NCBI GenBank assembly: GCA_018400015.1
Contig: JAGYNB010000003.1
Location: forward strand, 5,022 to 69,021
DNA length: 64,000 nucleotides
Direction of reading: 5' to 3'
Origin: Candidatus Omnitrophota bacterium
GTDB taxonomy: Bacteria > Omnitrophota > Gorgyraeia > Gygaellales > Gygaellaceae
This document shows positions 63,145-64,000 of this stretch, piece after piece. The position numbers were made by a program, and so were the translations under genes. Every line of letters starts with the position of its first letter. The first letter of the stretch is position 1. A model generated the notes under the pieces. It did no database searches. It had not been told where the DNA came from and worked only from the letters and a program-made list of their open reading frames with translations.

Positions 63145-64000
63145 TTAAACTTTAGTTCCTTTGGCTACAACAACAATTCCTGTTTCTGTAACAAAAAATC
63201 TTCTTTTGTCTTCCTGCGGATCGTAACCTATAACCGTATTCTCAGGAATATTTACATCTTTATCAATTATCGCTTTCTTTATTTTTGAATGCCGGCCAAC
63301 ATTTACCCCTTCCAGTAAAATAGAATCTTCTACATTAGAAAAACTATTAATTCTCACATTATAAGAAAGAATTGACCTCTGCACCCTGCCTCCTGAAACA
63401 ATACAGCCGCTGGCAACAAGCGAATCTAACACAAGGCCCGTCCTGTCTTTATGGTCATCTCCGGCAAATACGGTTTTAGCTGGAGGAAACGGTTCCTGAT
63501 GCGTCCTTATCGGCCAGGTTTTATCATACAGGTTGAACACAGGATCAACTCTTACCAAATCCATATTTGCATCATAATAAGCATCCAATGTTCCGATATC
63601 CAGCCAATAATTAGGCTTATTATTGTTTTTATCCTTAAAATCAAACAAAGTGACTTTTCTTTTCTTTTTCAACATCTGATTGATGATATTTTTTCCAAAA
63701 TCATGTTCTGTTTTTTTATTGGAGTCTTCATTCAGCTCTTCCCTTAACACTTTGGGATTAAAGACATATATGCCCATAGACGCAAAAACACTTTCCGGAT
63801 CGTTTGGAATTGTATGAGAATCTATTTCTTTTTCGGAAAAACCAATCACATTATTATCTTTATCGACTTCGATCACTCCGAGCTGAACGCTTTCTTTTTT
63901 GGGAAACCTCACCGCAGCAACAGTAAGATCAGCTCCTGAGTTTCTGTGCGCATCAACCAGATCGTTATAATCCATTTTATAAATATGGTCGCCTGCTAGA
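63145..64000 (-). CDS. glgC: glucose-1-phosphate adenylyltransferase, C-terminal part; the 5' end lies beyond the window end
   Basis: The frame stays open upstream of the track's ATG, reading LAGDHIYKMDYNDL. The motifs PNDPESVFASMGIYVF and WPIRT match GlgC, as does the C-terminal left-handed beta-helix. Confidence 0.8.
   Translation of the reverse strand, partial: LAGDHIYKMDYNDLVDAHRNSGADLTVAAVRFPKKESVQLGVIEVDKDNNVIGFSEKEIDSHTIPNDPESVFASMGIYVFNPKVLREELNEDSNKKTEHDFGKNIINQMLKKKRKVTLFDFKDKNNNKPNYWLDIGTLDAYYDANMDLVRVDPVFNLYDKTWPIRTHQEPFPPAKTVFAGDDHKDRTGLVLDSLVASGCIVSGGRVQRSILSYNVRINSFSNVEDSILLEGVNVGRHSKIKKAIIDKDVNIPENTVIGYDPQEDKRRFFVTETGIVVVAKGTKV

Noticed and set aside
1-64000. CRISPR arrays, insertion sequences, integrases, prophage or toxin-antitoxin modules
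   Set aside because: There are no direct-repeat/spacer periodicity, no transposase or integrase-like ORFs, and no paired small ORFs. Every sizeable ORF has a confident housekeeping assignment.

Overview
This is an AT-rich bacterial chromosome segment using the standard genetic code (TGA, TAA and TAG all act as stops) with GGAG-type ribosome-binding sites. It is very gene-dense, and all but two genes lie on the minus strand. About 30 kb (5.4-35.0 kb) is one uninterrupted translation and transcription superoperon. Read 5' to 3' on the minus strand it runs: tRNA-Thr, rpmG, tRNA-Trp, secE, nusG, rplKAJL, rpoBC, rpsL, rpsG, fusA, tuf, then the S10, spc and alpha operons, ending with rplQ. Downstream of rplQ on the same strand is a compact aminotransferase-leuC-pilT-leuD-icd-mdh block, which holds a type IV pilus retraction ATPase gene inside what looks like a LeuCD operon. 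The other half of the window encodes ksgA-pdxA-surA-like, a shortened Mfd, secDF-yajC, an orphan rpsP, a trpE-like gene, hisIFAHBD, alaS-recX-htrA-recA, smc, a small leaderless helix-turn-helix gene, an etfA-etfB-acyl-CoA dehydrogenase operon with a ferredoxin-domain EtfA, a GNAT gene and a partial glgC. The only plus-strand genes are a type IV pilin-like gene and a GAF-GGDEF diguanylate cyclase, each divergent from a near-consensus sigma70 promoter on the other strand. I found no mobile elements, CRISPR arrays or rRNA genes. I see no large novel gene system. The points worth a second look are the pilT insertion, the minimal Mfd, the leaderless helix-turn-helix gene upstream of smc, the ferredoxin-domain Etf complex and several near-consensus promoters and a palindrome. 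All calls come from reading the six-frame translations and the DNA by eye; no database searches were run.
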